The notes: generated by a model from the sequence alone, not told the origin. A stretch of DNA of 64,000 nt from an uncultured delta proteobacterium (GCA_963785235.1 CAWAUM010000013.1:64001-128000), one strand, 5' to 3'. Shown: positions 51,884-63,100, numbered from the stretch's first letter. Program-made: numbers and translations.

Positions 51884-52708
51884 ATGAGTTATTCAAAGGG
51901 CATGATGACTTCCATGAAGAATATGTTGATAACCGGTATTTGTTGCGCACTATCAATAGTAGCGTTTGCATCTGTTTCTTCCGCCGCCATAAAAACTGAA
52001 GCGATCACATACAAACAGGGTGACACCCGACTCATAGGCTACCTGGCGTATGATGATTCATTGAAGGGCCGGCGGCCGGCAGTCCTGCTTGTTCATGAGT
52101 GGTGGGGGCTCAACGATTATATCAAAAGACGGGCAGTGCAGGTGGCGTCCTTAGGTTACATCGCCTTTGCTGCCGATATCTACGGTGATGGTTTTTCCAC
52201 AAAAGATCCTTCCGAGGCTGGCGCGCTTGCAGGAAAATTCAGGGGCGGAGACCGAAAGCTACTGCGCGAGCGCGTTAATGCAGGGCTGCAGGTCTTAATG
52301 GATCATGGCCTTACTGATAAAAGTAAGATTGCTGCAATCGGTTATTGCTTTGGAGGCACGACCGTCCTTGAGCTTGCCAGGAGCGGTGCTGATATTGCGG
52401 GCGTAGTGAGCTTCCATGGGGGGCTTGATACCCCTGACCCTGATGATGCCTTAAATAGAAAGGCCAAGGTGCTCGTACTCCACGGCGCTGATGATCCGAA
52501 CGTCCCGGTTAAGCAGGTGAACACATTTCAAGATGAAATGCGTAAAGCAAAGGTTGACTGGCAGATGGTCAGCTACGGAGGAGCCGTCCACAGCTTCACC
52601 AACCCCGACTCGGGTTCTGATCCTTCCCGAGGCATTGCATATAACGAAAAGGCTGATAAACGTTCATGGGAACATATGAAGGTGTTTTTCGCCGAGATAT
52701 TTAAGTAG
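51884..52708 (+). CDS. Secreted dienelactone hydrolase family protein
   Basis: HEWWGLN, GYCFGG and HSFT; signal peptide. Confidence 0.92.
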   Translation: MSYSKGMMTSMKNMLITGICCALSIVAFASVSSAAIKTEAITYKQGDTRLIGYLAYDDSLKGRRPAVLLVHEWWGLNDYIKRRAVQVASLGYIAFAADIYGDGFSTKDPSEAGALAGKFRGGDRKLLRERVNAGLQVLMDHGLTDKSKIAAIGYCFGGTTVLELARSGADIAGVVSFHGGLDTPDPDDALNRKAKVLVLHGADDPNVPVKQVNTFQDEMRKAKVDWQMVSYGGAVHSFTNPDSGSDPSRGIAYNEKADKRSWEHMKVFFAEIFK

Positions 52709-52956
52709 GCATTCTTTTCCCTTTGATCCTCCATGGCTAGCTCTCGGTGATGCCGAGGCTACCCTTTCCTTCCCATAGGCCGTGAAGGGGCATTTCCGTC
52801 TCACCGGCAAGGGCATCAACTATCCCATCGGTTCGAGGTCAACCTTCCCGAGCTTTATGTTTGAGGCCACCAAAATCTCATAGAGTATTCATAAATACAT
52901 TCACTTGTGAAATCATGAGTCCAACCAACCAGGTACTAATCTATAAAGAGTACTCC

Positions 52957-53001
52957 TTGACAGACGGAATCTGTCCCCTTAATAGAGTAATTGATATTAC
53001 T
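52957..53001 (+). promoter_or_regulatory. Putative alkB promoter with operator-like palindromes
   Basis: TTGACA overlapped by GACAGA-N5-TCTGTC, with AGTAAT-N4-ATTACT downstream. Confidence 0.4.
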
Positions 53002-53036
53002 GTAAAGAGAATTCACTTCCCCCGGAGGATGAAGCC

Positions 53037-54094
53037 ATGACCTTGATGCCATATAATTTGATCTTCCTGGTGCCGTTCAGTGTGGTGATGGGTTACAGCC
53101 TGGGCGGAGCATTCAACTTTATGACACCCGTCTTTGTTTTCGGTGTGATCCCTGTGGTGGACATTCTCATCGGCAAATCCAAAGAGAATCCCACCGAGGC
53201 ACAGGAAGTGCTTCTACTGATACGTTCTCCTACCGGGCCATCACCATTATCTGCGTACCGCTTCAGGTGGCAATGGTCATCTGGGGTGCCCATGTCGTAA
53301 CGTCTGTTGCTTTGAGTCCATGGGAAACAGCCGGGTTCATATTCTCAATGGGTGTTTCTTCCGGGGTGATGGGAATCAACGTCTCCCATGAACTCCAGCA
53401 CCGGATAAATCTCAAGCTTGAGCCTTTCCTTGCGCGAATCATGCTCTGGACGGTGTTGTACATGCATTGGGCCATTGAACATGTGGCTGGGCACCACAAG
53501 AATGTGGCGACCCCGGAAGACCCGGCTACGGCCCGTTATGGCGAGATGTTTTATGCCTTCTGGTTCCGCACGGTCTTCGGCGGCATGGCAGACGCATGGA
53601 ATATCGAGGCGGCACGCCTCAAGAGGAAAGGGATCAAGGTCTTCAGTCTCAGAAACCGGGTAATCTCCTATGCCATTTCAGAGCTGGTGCTTGTTGGTGC
53701 ACTCTACGTGGTGTTTGGAATCCAAGCGGTCGGTTATTTCATTATCCAATCAATCATTGCATTTACGTTGCTGGAAATCGTCAACTATGTGGAGCACTAT
53801 GGTCTCCTGAGGAGAAAGGACAGCGAGGGTCGTTATGAGCCGGTCAGCTTCCTGCATGCCTGGAACTCAAGCAACTGGCTCACGAACCGATTTCTCTTCA
53901 ACCTCCAGCGGCACTCGGACCACCACTACAAGCCCGACAGGCGCTATCAGATCCTGCGGCACTACGATGAGAGCCCTCAACTCCCCACTGGATATGCAGG
54001 CATGATCTTGCTGGCTGCCCTCCCCCCGTTATGGCGCAAGGTAATGGATCATCGCGTGAGAGAATACCAGGTGAAGGTAAAGAAAGCTGCCTGA
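53037..54094 (+). CDS. alkB: Alkane 1-monooxygenase (membrane di-iron), frameshift at ~53215
   Basis: His boxes HELQH, EHVAGHH, NYVEHYG and LQRHSDHH, plus TPEDPATAR and PQLPTGY. Confidence 0.9.
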
Positions 54095-54335
54095 GCATCT
54101 CCAATTATAAGACTAAAGACCTCGTTGTTTTAAGCACCTGGCTTTCTTGCAATTTGTCATACTGGGTATTATCATAATCATCTATATGTTCCAAGGCATC
54201 TGACTAGTTGACGGATGTATGCATCCCATGCCGGGATGATGTATTTTTTCATGGGCTTCGATGCATAAAGATAGTGTGGGGCATTCATTACAACCCCCAA
54301 GACAAACAGGCCGGTAAGGCTACACAGGAGCGGAT

Positions 54336-56780
54336 ATGTCAGGCAAACTACCCCCGGAGAAATTGCATTGTATTTGTGAGCCAAGTGTTTTCGGATGTGC
54401 GGACAGCAGGAATGCCGAACCCCTGCAGACGATCCTCGGTCAGAAAAGGGCGCTGAAGGCGCTCAACTTCGGCCTGAGGATAAGAGACAAAGGGTTCAAC
54501 ATCTATGTCTCAGGGTACGCAGGATCCGGAAGAAAAACGGCTCTGAGAGGCTACCTGAAGGAACTCGCAAAGGATCAGCCCTCGCCCCCTGACTGGTGCT
54601 ATGTGAACAACTTCAAGGACGCCTACCGGCCGAACACCATATCCATGCCCGCAGGCCTGGCACACGAATTCAGCCGTGACGTGGATGGATTCGTAAAGGC
54701 CGCCCGCAAGGGTATCGTCAAGGCCTTTGAGAGCGAGGAATACGCAACAAGGAGGAACCAGGCTGCAAAGAAATTCCAGGAACAGCGCGATGAACTCTTC
54801 AGCAAGGTCAATGAGGACGCACGGAAAAAGGGCCTTCTCATCCAGGCTACCCCTATGGGGCTGCTTGCATTTCCCATGGTTGAAAACAGACCCATGACCG
54901 AGGAGGAATTCCGTGCCCTCGATAAGAAGACACAGGATGCATTCACCCGCAAGCAGGGAAAGCTCCAGGAGCTGATCAAAAAGTCGGGCCGTCAGGTGTC
55001 TGTGCTCGAGAAAAAGGCGAACGAGATGATCGCCAAGCTCGACCGGGATATCGCCTCGTACACCCTTGAAAACCTGCTGGACGACCTGATGGAGAAATAC
55101 CGCGATCAGACAGGGATCATCGCGCATCTGAAGGCCATGCTTGAAGACATGGTCGAGAACCTGCCCCTGTTCAGGAGTGATGAACAGAAAGCCCAGGAAC
55201 AGCCGGAGACACCGTTTACGATGAATGGAGAGCTGAGGTTCAGGAAGTACAAGGTCAACGTGCTTGTGGATAATTCCAAACTCAAAGGCGCCCCCATCGT
55301 GACAGAACTGAACCCCACCTATAACAACCTTTTCGGTCGGATCGAGAAAGAGGCGCAGTTCGGTGCGCTCCTGACCGACTTGACCATGATCCGCTCAGGC
55401 TCATTGCACCAGGCAAACGGCGGTTACCTCATACTGCCGGTGGAGGATGTCCTCATCAATTACTTCTCCTGGGACGGGCTCAAGCGCGCCATACGCAACC
55501 GGGAGATCCGCATCGAGGAGGCGGGAGAGCGCATGGGTTTCATGACCACCAGGAGCCTCATGCCCGAGCCCATACCCTGGGACATCAAGGTCATCCTCAT
55601 CGGGACGCCTTACCTTTATTACCGGCTCTATGAGCTGGACCAGGACTTCCAGGACCTCTTCAAGGTAAAGGCCGATTTCGATACCGTCATGGAACGCACC
55701 GATGAGAACATGAAGAGCTATGCCTCGTTCCTGTGCAGCCTCTGCCAGGAAGAGAACCTGCTCCACTTCGACAAGGACGCCATCGTCAAGGTGGTGGAAC
55801 ACAGCTGCAGGCTGGCATCCGACCAGGAGAAACTCTCCACCCGCTTCGGCGAGATCGCCAACGTGATCCGCGAGGCGAGTTTCTATGCATCCCAGGAGAA
55901 TATGCCCCTGGTAGGGGAAAGGCATGTGAAACAGGCTGTGGAAGAGCGTTTTCTCCGTTCGAACCTGCTCATGGAAAAGGCCAAGGAGATGATCTCTCAG
56001 GGCATGATTAAAATCGATGTGGATGGCGAAAAGACAGGACAGGTGAACGGTCTGTCCGTCATCGACCTGGGCGATATCATGTTCGGCAGGCCCAGCAGGA
56101 TCACGGTAAGCATAGAGCCGGGCCACGACGGAATCATAGACATCGAGCGCGAGGCCAAGCTCGGCGGGCCCATTCATACCAAGGGGGTCATGATTCTTTC
56201 TGGTTATCTTGCCCATACCTATGCACAAGAAAAACCCATCAGCCTGTCGGCCAGGCTCGTATTCGAACAGAGTTATTCAGGTATAGAAGGTGATTCCGCC
56301 TCCTCCACGGAGCTCTATGCCCTCTTGTCCGCACTGTCGGGGAAACCCATCAGACAGGGTATCGCAGTGACCGGGTCGGTAAATCAGAAGGGCGAGGTGC
56401 AGGCTATAGGAGGTGTGAACGAGAAGATCGAAGGATTTTTCGAGGTATGCAAGGTCAAGGGCATCACCGGGAGACAGGGGGTGATAATCCCTGAAAGCAA
56501 TGTCAGGAACCTTATGCTCAAGGATGAGATCATCGAAGCGGTAAAAGCAGGTAAATTCACCATATGGACCGCCACGAGCATCGATGAAGGCATTGAGATC
56601 CTCACGGGCGTGAAGGCAGGAACGAGGCACAAAGACGGCAGCTTCGAGAAGGGAACCATCCATGACCTCGTTGACAGGGAACTGCGCAAACTGTCCGAAA
56701 CCTGGGTCAGCTTTGCACAGAGCCAGGGCACAAAAGGCGCCATCATGAAAGGCAGGAAACCAAGGGAAAAACCGAATTAA
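54336..56780 (+). CDS. Lon-like (S16) ATP-dependent protease, LonB/LonC-type
   Basis: DWCYVNNF, GSLHQANGGYL, EGDSAS catalytic Ser and GGVNEKIEGF. Confidence 0.9.
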   Translation: MSGKLPPEKLHCICEPSVFGCADSRNAEPLQTILGQKRALKALNFGLRIRDKGFNIYVSGYAGSGRKTALRGYLKELAKDQPSPPDWCYVNNFKDAYRPNTISMPAGLAHEFSRDVDGFVKAARKGIVKAFESEEYATRRNQAAKKFQEQRDELFSKVNEDARKKGLLIQATPMGLLAFPMVENRPMTEEEFRALDKKTQDAFTRKQGKLQELIKKSGRQVSVLEKKANEMIAKLDRDIASYTLENLLDDLMEKYRDQTGIIAHLKAMLEDMVENLPLFRSDEQKAQEQPETPFTMNGELRFRKYKVNVLVDNSKLKGAPIVTELNPTYNNLFGRIEKEAQFGALLTDLTMIRSGSLHQANGGYLILPVEDVLINYFSWDGLKRAIRNREIRIEEAGERMGFMTTRSLMPEPIPWDIKVILIGTPYLYYRLYELDQDFQDLFKVKADFDTVMERTDENMKSYASFLCSLCQEENLLHFDKDAIVKVVEHSCRLASDQEKLSTRFGEIANVIREASFYASQENMPLVGERHVKQAVEERFLRSNLLMEKAKEMISQGMIKIDVDGEKTGQVNGLSVIDLGDIMFGRPSRITVSIEPGHDGIIDIEREAKLGGPIHTKGVMILSGYLAHTYAQEKPISLSARLVFEQSYSGIEGDSASSTELYALLSALSGKPIRQGIAVTGSVNQKGEVQAIGGVNEKIEGFFEVCKVKGITGRQGVIIPESNVRNLMLKDEIIEAVKAGKFTIWTATSIDEGIEILTGVKAGTRHKDGSFEKGTIHDLVDRELRKLSETWVSFAQSQGTKGAIMKGRKPREKPN

Positions 56781-56832
56781 TACATACCCTTTCTGTCTGC
56801 CTTCAGCCTGTTATTGCCTGAGCGGAACCACA

Positions 56833-57633
56833 TCACAAGCGATCAGATAAGAGGATGACTCCATCAGCAGATGTGGCCAGACAGGTTTGTGGAAGGATGT
56901 TCATGCACGCGAGCGTAGGGTCTTTCAATCCCAGAAAGGTGAGGTGATCGATATCGAGGGCCAGCGGCAGGCCCCTTTCAATGGCTCCGGGCCATATGAC
57001 AACAGAGAATGGCCTCAGCGGCTTAAGGTAGTCGGCCATGGAAAGGTGTCCATCATGTGACCACTCGACATTTTTAAGAACATGGGAATTGCCCACGATA
57101 ACCAGCCCCTTGGAGCCGGGGTGGGTTGCGAGATAATCAGAGACACGCGATGCCATCCACTGATCCCTTGTGACCTGGCTGTTCTCATCATTGTCAATGG
57201 CTATGATGTCCATCCCGAGGGCCTTCGCCCCGGCAATCAGCTTGAGATAGGCATGCGAGGCTATGATCTCATGTATCTTAATATCGCTTACCGGACAGAG
57301 CCCATTCGTGAACCGGTCAATTACCCCTTGCTGGTTCGATGGTATCTCGACAAAAAGGGTAGTGATTCCTTCTTTCTTGACGAGACCGGGCAGGATGTCG
57401 GAAATCAGGTCATGGATCTGTTTGTTATCATGTCTGGTGCCAAGCAGGATGAGCCTGTGTGAAGCGGCCTTTTCCGCAAGGTATGATGCAGGATTTTTCC
57501 CGCAACTCATTGCCAGTTCATTTATTGTCGGGCGTGCCTTGACACCCATGCAGAAGAGAAAGGCAATGCACACAAACAAGGATACGATGCGTATTCTGTG
57601 ATCCGTTAACATCTTATCCTTATATATCGACAA
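56833..57633 (-). CDS. Secreted ChaN/EreA/TIKI-like fold protein
   Basis: LILLG.RH, LFVEI, IIAID, RDQWMA and IVGNSHV pattern; start uncertain. Confidence 0.55.
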   Translation of the reverse strand: MSIYKDKMLTDHRIRIVSLFVCIAFLFCMGVKARPTINELAMSCGKNPASYLAEKAASHRLILLGTRHDNKQIHDLISDILPGLVKKEGITTLFVEIPSNQQGVIDRFTNGLCPVSDIKIHEIIASHAYLKLIAGAKALGMDIIAIDNDENSQVTRDQWMASRVSDYLATHPGSKGLVIVGNSHVLKNVEWSHDGHLSMADYLKPLRPFSVVIWPGAIERGLPLALDIDHLTFLGLKDPTLACMNILPQTCLATSADGVILLSDRL

Positions 57634-57766
57634 ATGCTTGAAAAGTAAAGAGAGGCAGGAACATAAAGAGAGGCAGAGTCTTGACTATCTTGACGAGCAG
57701 GCTATCTAGTCCCTGTATGTACTGAGGCTGTAAACAGTTCCCATGAAAAGGCGGATAGGCATATCC

Positions 57767-58726
57767 ATGGGTGAATGGAAGGAGAGGAAGGTCGTTATTG
57801 TCGGGGCCGGTTCAGTCGGTTCGACCTTTGCGTATGCGCTTGCTCAAACCGGTATTACCGACACTATTGTCCTTCTTGATCAGAACAAGGAGTTGATGAA
57901 AGGACAAGTTCTCGATCTAGAGCATGGATTTCCTTTCTGGCCTACAATAAACATCCGGGAAGGCTCACAGGATGATTATCAAGATGCCCATGTTATCGTC
58001 ATTACCGCAGGGGCGAAACAGCAGCCAGGGGAGTCACGATTAAACCTTCTCAAGAAAAACATCACCATCATAGAACACATTGCCCAGGACATTGCAGCTC
58101 AAGGCTCGCAGGCTGTCATTGTGGTTGTAAGCAACCCTGTGGACCTGCTGACGTATGCACTATTAAAAAAATTAGACTGGCCGCGAGGTCGAGTGATCGG
58201 CTCAGGCACCTTTCTCGACAGTGCTAGATTCCGATATCTGCTCAGTCAACATTGCGGAATTGATGTCCATAATGTTCATGCATATATTCTGGGAGAACAT
58301 GGCGATAGTGAATTTGCCCCATGGTCCATGACCCATATTGCCGGTATGCCCCTTGATCAATACTGTCTTATCTGCAATGAATGTGGTGACTTGAAAAAAG
58401 TACAGCAGCAGATCGAAGACGAAGTCAGAGATTCCGCCTACCATATCATTGATTATAAGGGATCCACCAATTTTGCCATCGGATTGGCCCTGGTTCAAAT
58501 TGTTGCAGCAATTGTGCGAAATCAACACAGTGTACTGACCGTCTCTACACTTCTGAACGGGGAGTATGGGCTGCATGATGTCTGTATAAGCATTCCTTGT
58601 ATACTCTCCCAGCATGGCGTGGAACAGATTATCGTGGAGAAGTTGACAAGGGATGAATTGCAGGCATTGGTGCACTCGGCCACTGTTTTAAAAAAAACAT
58701 CCGACGAAGTGCATGGTGTATCTTAG
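57767..58726 (+). CDS. ldh: L-lactate dehydrogenase
   Basis: GAGSVG, TAGAKQQPGESRL, NPVD, LDSARFR and GEHGDS. Confidence 0.93.
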   Translation: MGEWKERKVVIVGAGSVGSTFAYALAQTGITDTIVLLDQNKELMKGQVLDLEHGFPFWPTINIREGSQDDYQDAHVIVITAGAKQQPGESRLNLLKKNITIIEHIAQDIAAQGSQAVIVVVSNPVDLLTYALLKKLDWPRGRVIGSGTFLDSARFRYLLSQHCGIDVHNVHAYILGEHGDSEFAPWSMTHIAGMPLDQYCLICNECGDLKKVQQQIEDEVRDSAYHIIDYKGSTNFAIGLALVQIVAAIVRNQHSVLTVSTLLNGEYGLHDVCISIPCILSQHGVEQIIVEKLTRDELQALVHSATVLKKTSDEVHGVS

Positions 58727-58952
58727 CCCGAATCCTACGTATATGGTTGTTCCCTTCCTGTAATTTGATAATCAAATAAACCCAGCTTTTGCAATTGAAT
58801 GTAGAGATAACTGCTCCGTACTCTTCAGGTGTCCTTCAACGTAAACCCTGGGGTATATATGCATACGGAATAAGCCAGAACCCATTAGCATGCCAATGGC
58901 ATCTACAAACTAGTGAGGGAATTAAATGAGTAGCAATAAAAGGAGAACTACC

Positions 58953-59306
58953 ATGAAAAGACAATCGATGATTTTAATAATACTCATGGTTGTGATGGCA
59001 ATATCAACATCTCTGCTTGCCGGTGAGGCCAACCGCAGAGATGTAAGAGACCTGAGTTATCTCAAGGCCAATCCTGGTGTAACGGTATCAGAACAAGTGA
59101 CGTCAGGTCTGATTGATAGAAGGGACGCAAGAGACCTGAGCTATTTGAACAGTACCGGCATGCCAGGGGTATCGAGCCCGGATGTCGTCGTACAGGTAGA
59201 TAGCAACAGAAGGGATGCAAGGGATCTTGCGTACTTGCTTGGCAATTCTCAAGATATCAGGGTTGATGAGCCAAACAATACGATCCTGATGTGTTGCCAG
59301 AGGTAG
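58953..59306 (+). CDS. Small secreted protein with three RRDxRDLxYL repeats
   Basis: AGGAG RBS and signal peptide; repeats begin at 59031, 59115 and 59205. Confidence 0.8.
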   Translation: MKRQSMILIILMVVMAISTSLLAGEANRRDVRDLSYLKANPGVTVSEQVTSGLIDRRDARDLSYLNSTGMPGVSSPDVVVQVDSNRRDARDLAYLLGNSQDIRVDEPNNTILMCCQR

Positions 59307-59347
59307 AGATACAGGAAGTTGAAACTGACAAAAAACCAACCGCATCT

Positions 59348-59387
59348 CAAGACGGCGATGCATCCTGAAATCGCCGTCTTGTTTTTA
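59348..59387 (+). terminator. Intrinsic terminator
   Basis: CAAGACGGCGAT...ATCGCCGTCTTG followed by TTTTT. Confidence 0.75.
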
Positions 59388-59886
59388 TATCCATGTGGCA
59401 TGGTCTTTATGAAAGGACCGTACCCGATTTAATCCACTTAATGTTCACCATATCATCGTTTAAAAATAAAGCACCACATGTAAAGAATAGAGCCATAATG
59501 AGAAAACAAAAAGAGGACGTTTATTTGCAAAACCGGAAAGGGTAAAGGCAGATTTGCAACGATGCATTATTGCATAGTATATGCGTAACCGCATCGATTA
59601 GGATAAGGTCTTTTTATCAGTCATGATAAAATATTCCAGATAGGACAGCGGTGTTCTCTTTGATATGAATGTTATTTTAGTGAGTTAAACGAAGGATCTC
59701 TTTATACTCCCAGCAACTCTTCAATCGATAGTTTTGTTCATGAAAGACCAGATGAAAATGAATGTGTTGCAGAAAAACTAATATCCTGTCTCAAGGTTGC
59801 AGCGATTCTTAAAAGACATTTTAATATCTTATAACAAATTGCATGTAAGTTCCGTACATTATGTTATTTTATTTATAATCGTATAA

Positions 59887-59904
59887 TTGGTACGATGTTT
59901 GCTG
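59887..59904 (+). promoter_or_regulatory. sigma54 promoter of the second porin-like gene
   Basis: TTGGTACGATGTTTGCT, GG-N10-GC; AT-rich spacer and candidate UAS at ~59765-59803. Confidence 0.65.
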
Positions 59905-60123
59905 GACGATGTATACAGATCTCTGTGAATTTACTCTGTTCTAGAGGTGGCCGTGACCGATTTTTTTGTACCAAAAGGCTCGCAACGCTGATAAAAAGGA
60001 AAACAACATAATCTCATAGAATTTGGCTCATTGAAGAATATCACCAGAGATTGTTTAACAAAAGTTCTCAATAAGGGGAACCTAGACTATATACGGATCT
60101 GAAAAAAACACTAGGAGGAGAGC

Positions 60124-61275
60124 ATGAGGAAGTTTATAGGATTCTTGCTGGCAGTAGGTTTGGTTTTCGCCTTTTCCGCTTCTGTCTTTGCAGCAACGGT
60201 AGAAGAGCGTCTCAAGACTTTGGAAGACACAATAGGGGCATGGTCTTTCTATGGAAGTGCCCGGATGGCCACTTTTTATGAGGACTCAGATAGTAAGTGG
60301 AACGATAACTATGGCGTTACGGAGGGTGTTGCTGATGGGCCAGACACCAAGGGAACACGTTTTGGTTTGGCCGGCAACTCGCGAGTTGGTGCACGGGTAA
60401 AAAAGGGAGATTTTGGTGGCCGGTTCGAGATCGGACTCAGAGAAGACAAAGTTGCAAATCGCCTGATCTATGCAACCTATACCAATAATGACGTAACATA
60501 TTTGTTTGGTCAGGATTATGCGCCCCTGGGTGACTGGGGCAACAGCAACCAGGTCTTTTATTGGGATAATGACATGGCCGGTTTTGGTATAATTGATGAA
60601 GACCGGACCCCTCAGGTCAAAATCAGCTATAAGGGACTCCAGGTAGCATTCGTGCAGACTCAGAGTTCTGATGTCAGCACACTCGGTCTGACAGCGAGTG
60701 ATGCAAAAACAGAGACACTCTTCCCTCATCTTGAGCTCAAGTACAGCCTTGCCACCGATAAATTCTTTGCCGATGTCTTTGGCGGATTTGGTTCCTATAA
60801 AGTTAAAGCAGACAGCCTGGATATCGATGAGTCAGTCAGCTCATACGCACTTGGTTTAAATGGGGGCGTAACCCTCAACCCGTTCTATGCCAATGCCATG
60901 GCATGGATGGCACAGAACGGCCCACAGATGGGTCTGAATCAGGCTGATGCTGCAGGCGCCCGGATGGATCCGATAACAGGTGATCTCACCGATGATGATG
61001 AGTGGGGGTATGCTCTGGTTGCAGGAATGAATATACAGAAGATTACTGTTGAAGCAGGTTATGGCTATGTTCAGTCCAAGCTCGATGAGAGCGGGGCCGA
61101 TAAGAATAACGCCCAGAACTACTATATACAGGCAGTGATCCCGATAGCAGAAGGGAATGGAGCAAAATTCTCAGTTACACCTGAAATTGGTCAGTATGAT
61201 TATATGAAGGATGAAACCGGAGCCACCGAGGGCAAGGCATGGTATGCCGGTGCAAAGTGGCAGCTTGACTTCTAA
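60124..61275 (+). CDS. Outer-membrane porin-like beta-barrel protein
   Basis: Signal peptide (VFA), FYGSAR, SRVGA, YAGAKWQLDF C-terminal Phe motif; AGGAGG RBS. Confidence 0.8.
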   Translation: MRKFIGFLLAVGLVFAFSASVFAATVEERLKTLEDTIGAWSFYGSARMATFYEDSDSKWNDNYGVTEGVADGPDTKGTRFGLAGNSRVGARVKKGDFGGRFEIGLREDKVANRLIYATYTNNDVTYLFGQDYAPLGDWGNSNQVFYWDNDMAGFGIIDEDRTPQVKISYKGLQVAFVQTQSSDVSTLGLTASDAKTETLFPHLELKYSLATDKFFADVFGGFGSYKVKADSLDIDESVSSYALGLNGGVTLNPFYANAMAWMAQNGPQMGLNQADAAGARMDPITGDLTDDDEWGYALVAGMNIQKITVEAGYGYVQSKLDESGADKNNAQNYYIQAVIPIAEGNGAKFSVTPEIGQYDYMKDETGATEGKAWYAGAKWQLDF

Positions 61276-61298
61276 GATTGCTTTACTAGTTAAAAAAG

Positions 61299-61328
61299 AA
61301 GCCGGGGGATAACCCCGGCTTTTTTTTA
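61299..61328. terminator. Intrinsic terminator, probably bidirectional
   Basis: AAGCCGGGG...CCCCGGCTT with a T-tract after and an A-tract before. Confidence 0.9.
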
Positions 61329-61476
61329 TTCATGGCATAACCTATATACATTATTTTAAAGTTCATCTAACCTCTTCTATATATCTTTTGAATTTATGAA
61401 AAAAATTTATTCATTTATCATATCATTGAATACCGGAGACTGAGATTTCGGTTTGTTTGATGTGTATCAAAAAAAA

Positions 61477-61558
61477 TGCGAAAGGCGGGACTCGAACCCG
61501 CACGGAGTTACCCACTAGATCCTAAGTCTAGCGCGTCTGCCAATTCCGCCACTCTCGC
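61477..61558 (-). tRNA. tRNA-Leu (anticodon TAG), CCA not encoded
   Basis: GCGAGAG/CTTTCGC acceptor stem, D-arm GGCGGAATTGGCAGACGC, CTAGA-CTTAGGA-TCTAG anticodon arm, long variable arm and GTTCGAGTC T-loop. Confidence 0.97.
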
Positions 61559-61647
61559 ATGCTCAGGTATTCTACCTTGATCACGTGTGTCTTGTCCACC
61601 ACTTGGAACGCCTGGATGCCAAGATAAGGGGGGCAGAAACCATCTGA

Positions 61648-63077
61648 CTATTCCGACCTGAGGTCAATGATCTCCATACAGTGGTTTGCAGACGGGTTAC
61701 TACGGGATGGCCCCTGGGCAAGGATGACAAGGTCTCCCTTCATCCCATGTTCATGGAGCCATGACTTCACATATTCTCTCCAGTCATTTGGCGGGTCGAC
61801 TTCATGGGTGGGAAGGACGCCCGACGAGAACTGGAGCTGTTGACACGTGAGCTCTGAACGGCTCAGGGCAACGATCCACACCGGGAGCCTGAACCGGGCA
61901 ATACTCCTTGCCGTGGCCCCACTGTGGGTGGGGACAAACACCGCTGCAGGCGAGATATGCTTGAAGGTAGCCTCTATACTGAACACGACCATGTCACTTG
62001 CCCTGCTCGTCTGTGTTTCCGTAATCTCCTTGAGCCTTTCCCTCAGGCGATATCCCGGGCCGTAAGGCTCGGTGGCTTCAGCGATACTGGCAAGCATTGC
62101 TGCAGCCTCCACGGGATACCTGCCCATAGCGGATTCACCGGACAGCATGACGCAGTCCGTGCCGTCTAAAATGGCATTTGAAACGTCCGTTACCTCGGCC
62201 CGTGTGGGCCGGCGGTTTTCCGTCATGGATTCGAGCATCTGGGTTGCGGTGATCACCGGTTTTCCATGCATGATGGCCTTTGCCATGAGCTCCTTCTGGA
62301 CCATGGCAATGCGCTCGATGGGTATCTCCACACCCAGGTCTCCCCTTGCAATCATGACGCCGTCCGTGACCGCCAGGATGTCTTCCATATGGGTCAGGGC
62401 TGCAGATCTCTCGATCTTGGCAATGATAAAGGGATAATAACCAAGATCCTCTGCAGCCTTCCGCACTGACTTGATATCTTCACCTGAGACCACGAAAGAT
62501 TGACAAACCGCGTCCAGACCATGTTCGGCCGCAAATTTCAGACATGCATGGTCCCTTTCCGTAAACGCGCTGATGCCCAGATCAATGCCCGGCAGGTTGA
62601 GTCCCTTGCGGGAGCGCAGCTCTCCCCCACGAGTACTGAGCAGATTACATCGCTGCTTTGCACCTTGATAACTTCGAGCTGGATGATACCGTCATTCAGA
62701 TAGAGCATATCCCCGGCCTTTACTGCCTGGGGGAGCTTTTTGAAGCTTACCGACACCCTTGACTCATCACCGGTTATTTCATCGCTCGTGAGCGTAAAGG
62801 TATCGCCCGGTTTCAATTCGATTGCGTCCTGGACCAACTCGCCTATACGCATCTTGGGTCCCGGCAGGTCGGCCATGATTGCCAGCCGCTTCCCCACGGA
62901 CCTCGCCGTAGACCTCAGGTCTTTAATCACCTGGGAATGGGAATCAAAATCGCCATGGGAAAAATTGAGACGGGCAATGTCCATTCCTGCCCTGATCATC
63001 TGCTCCATTACCTCAGGGGCCTGGGAGGCCGGACCGATAGTGCATACAATCTTGGTCTTGTGCTGAGGCAGCTTCAT
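61648..63077 (-). CDS. pyk: Pyruvate kinase, frameshift in a G-run at ~62625
   Basis: TKIVCTIGPAS, RLNFSHG, IAKIE, MIARGDLG, ATQMLESM and LSGESA. Confidence 0.95.
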
Positions 63078-63100
63078 TGTACCTCCAGCCTTTCGCGGCT

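Noticed and set aside
52740-52880. Coding-looking fragment between the hydrolase and alkB
   Set aside because: It is too short and has no identifiable motif.
57646-57676. TAAAGAGAGGCAG direct repeat before ldh
   Set aside because: With only two 13-bp copies it could be an operator, but nothing else supports that.
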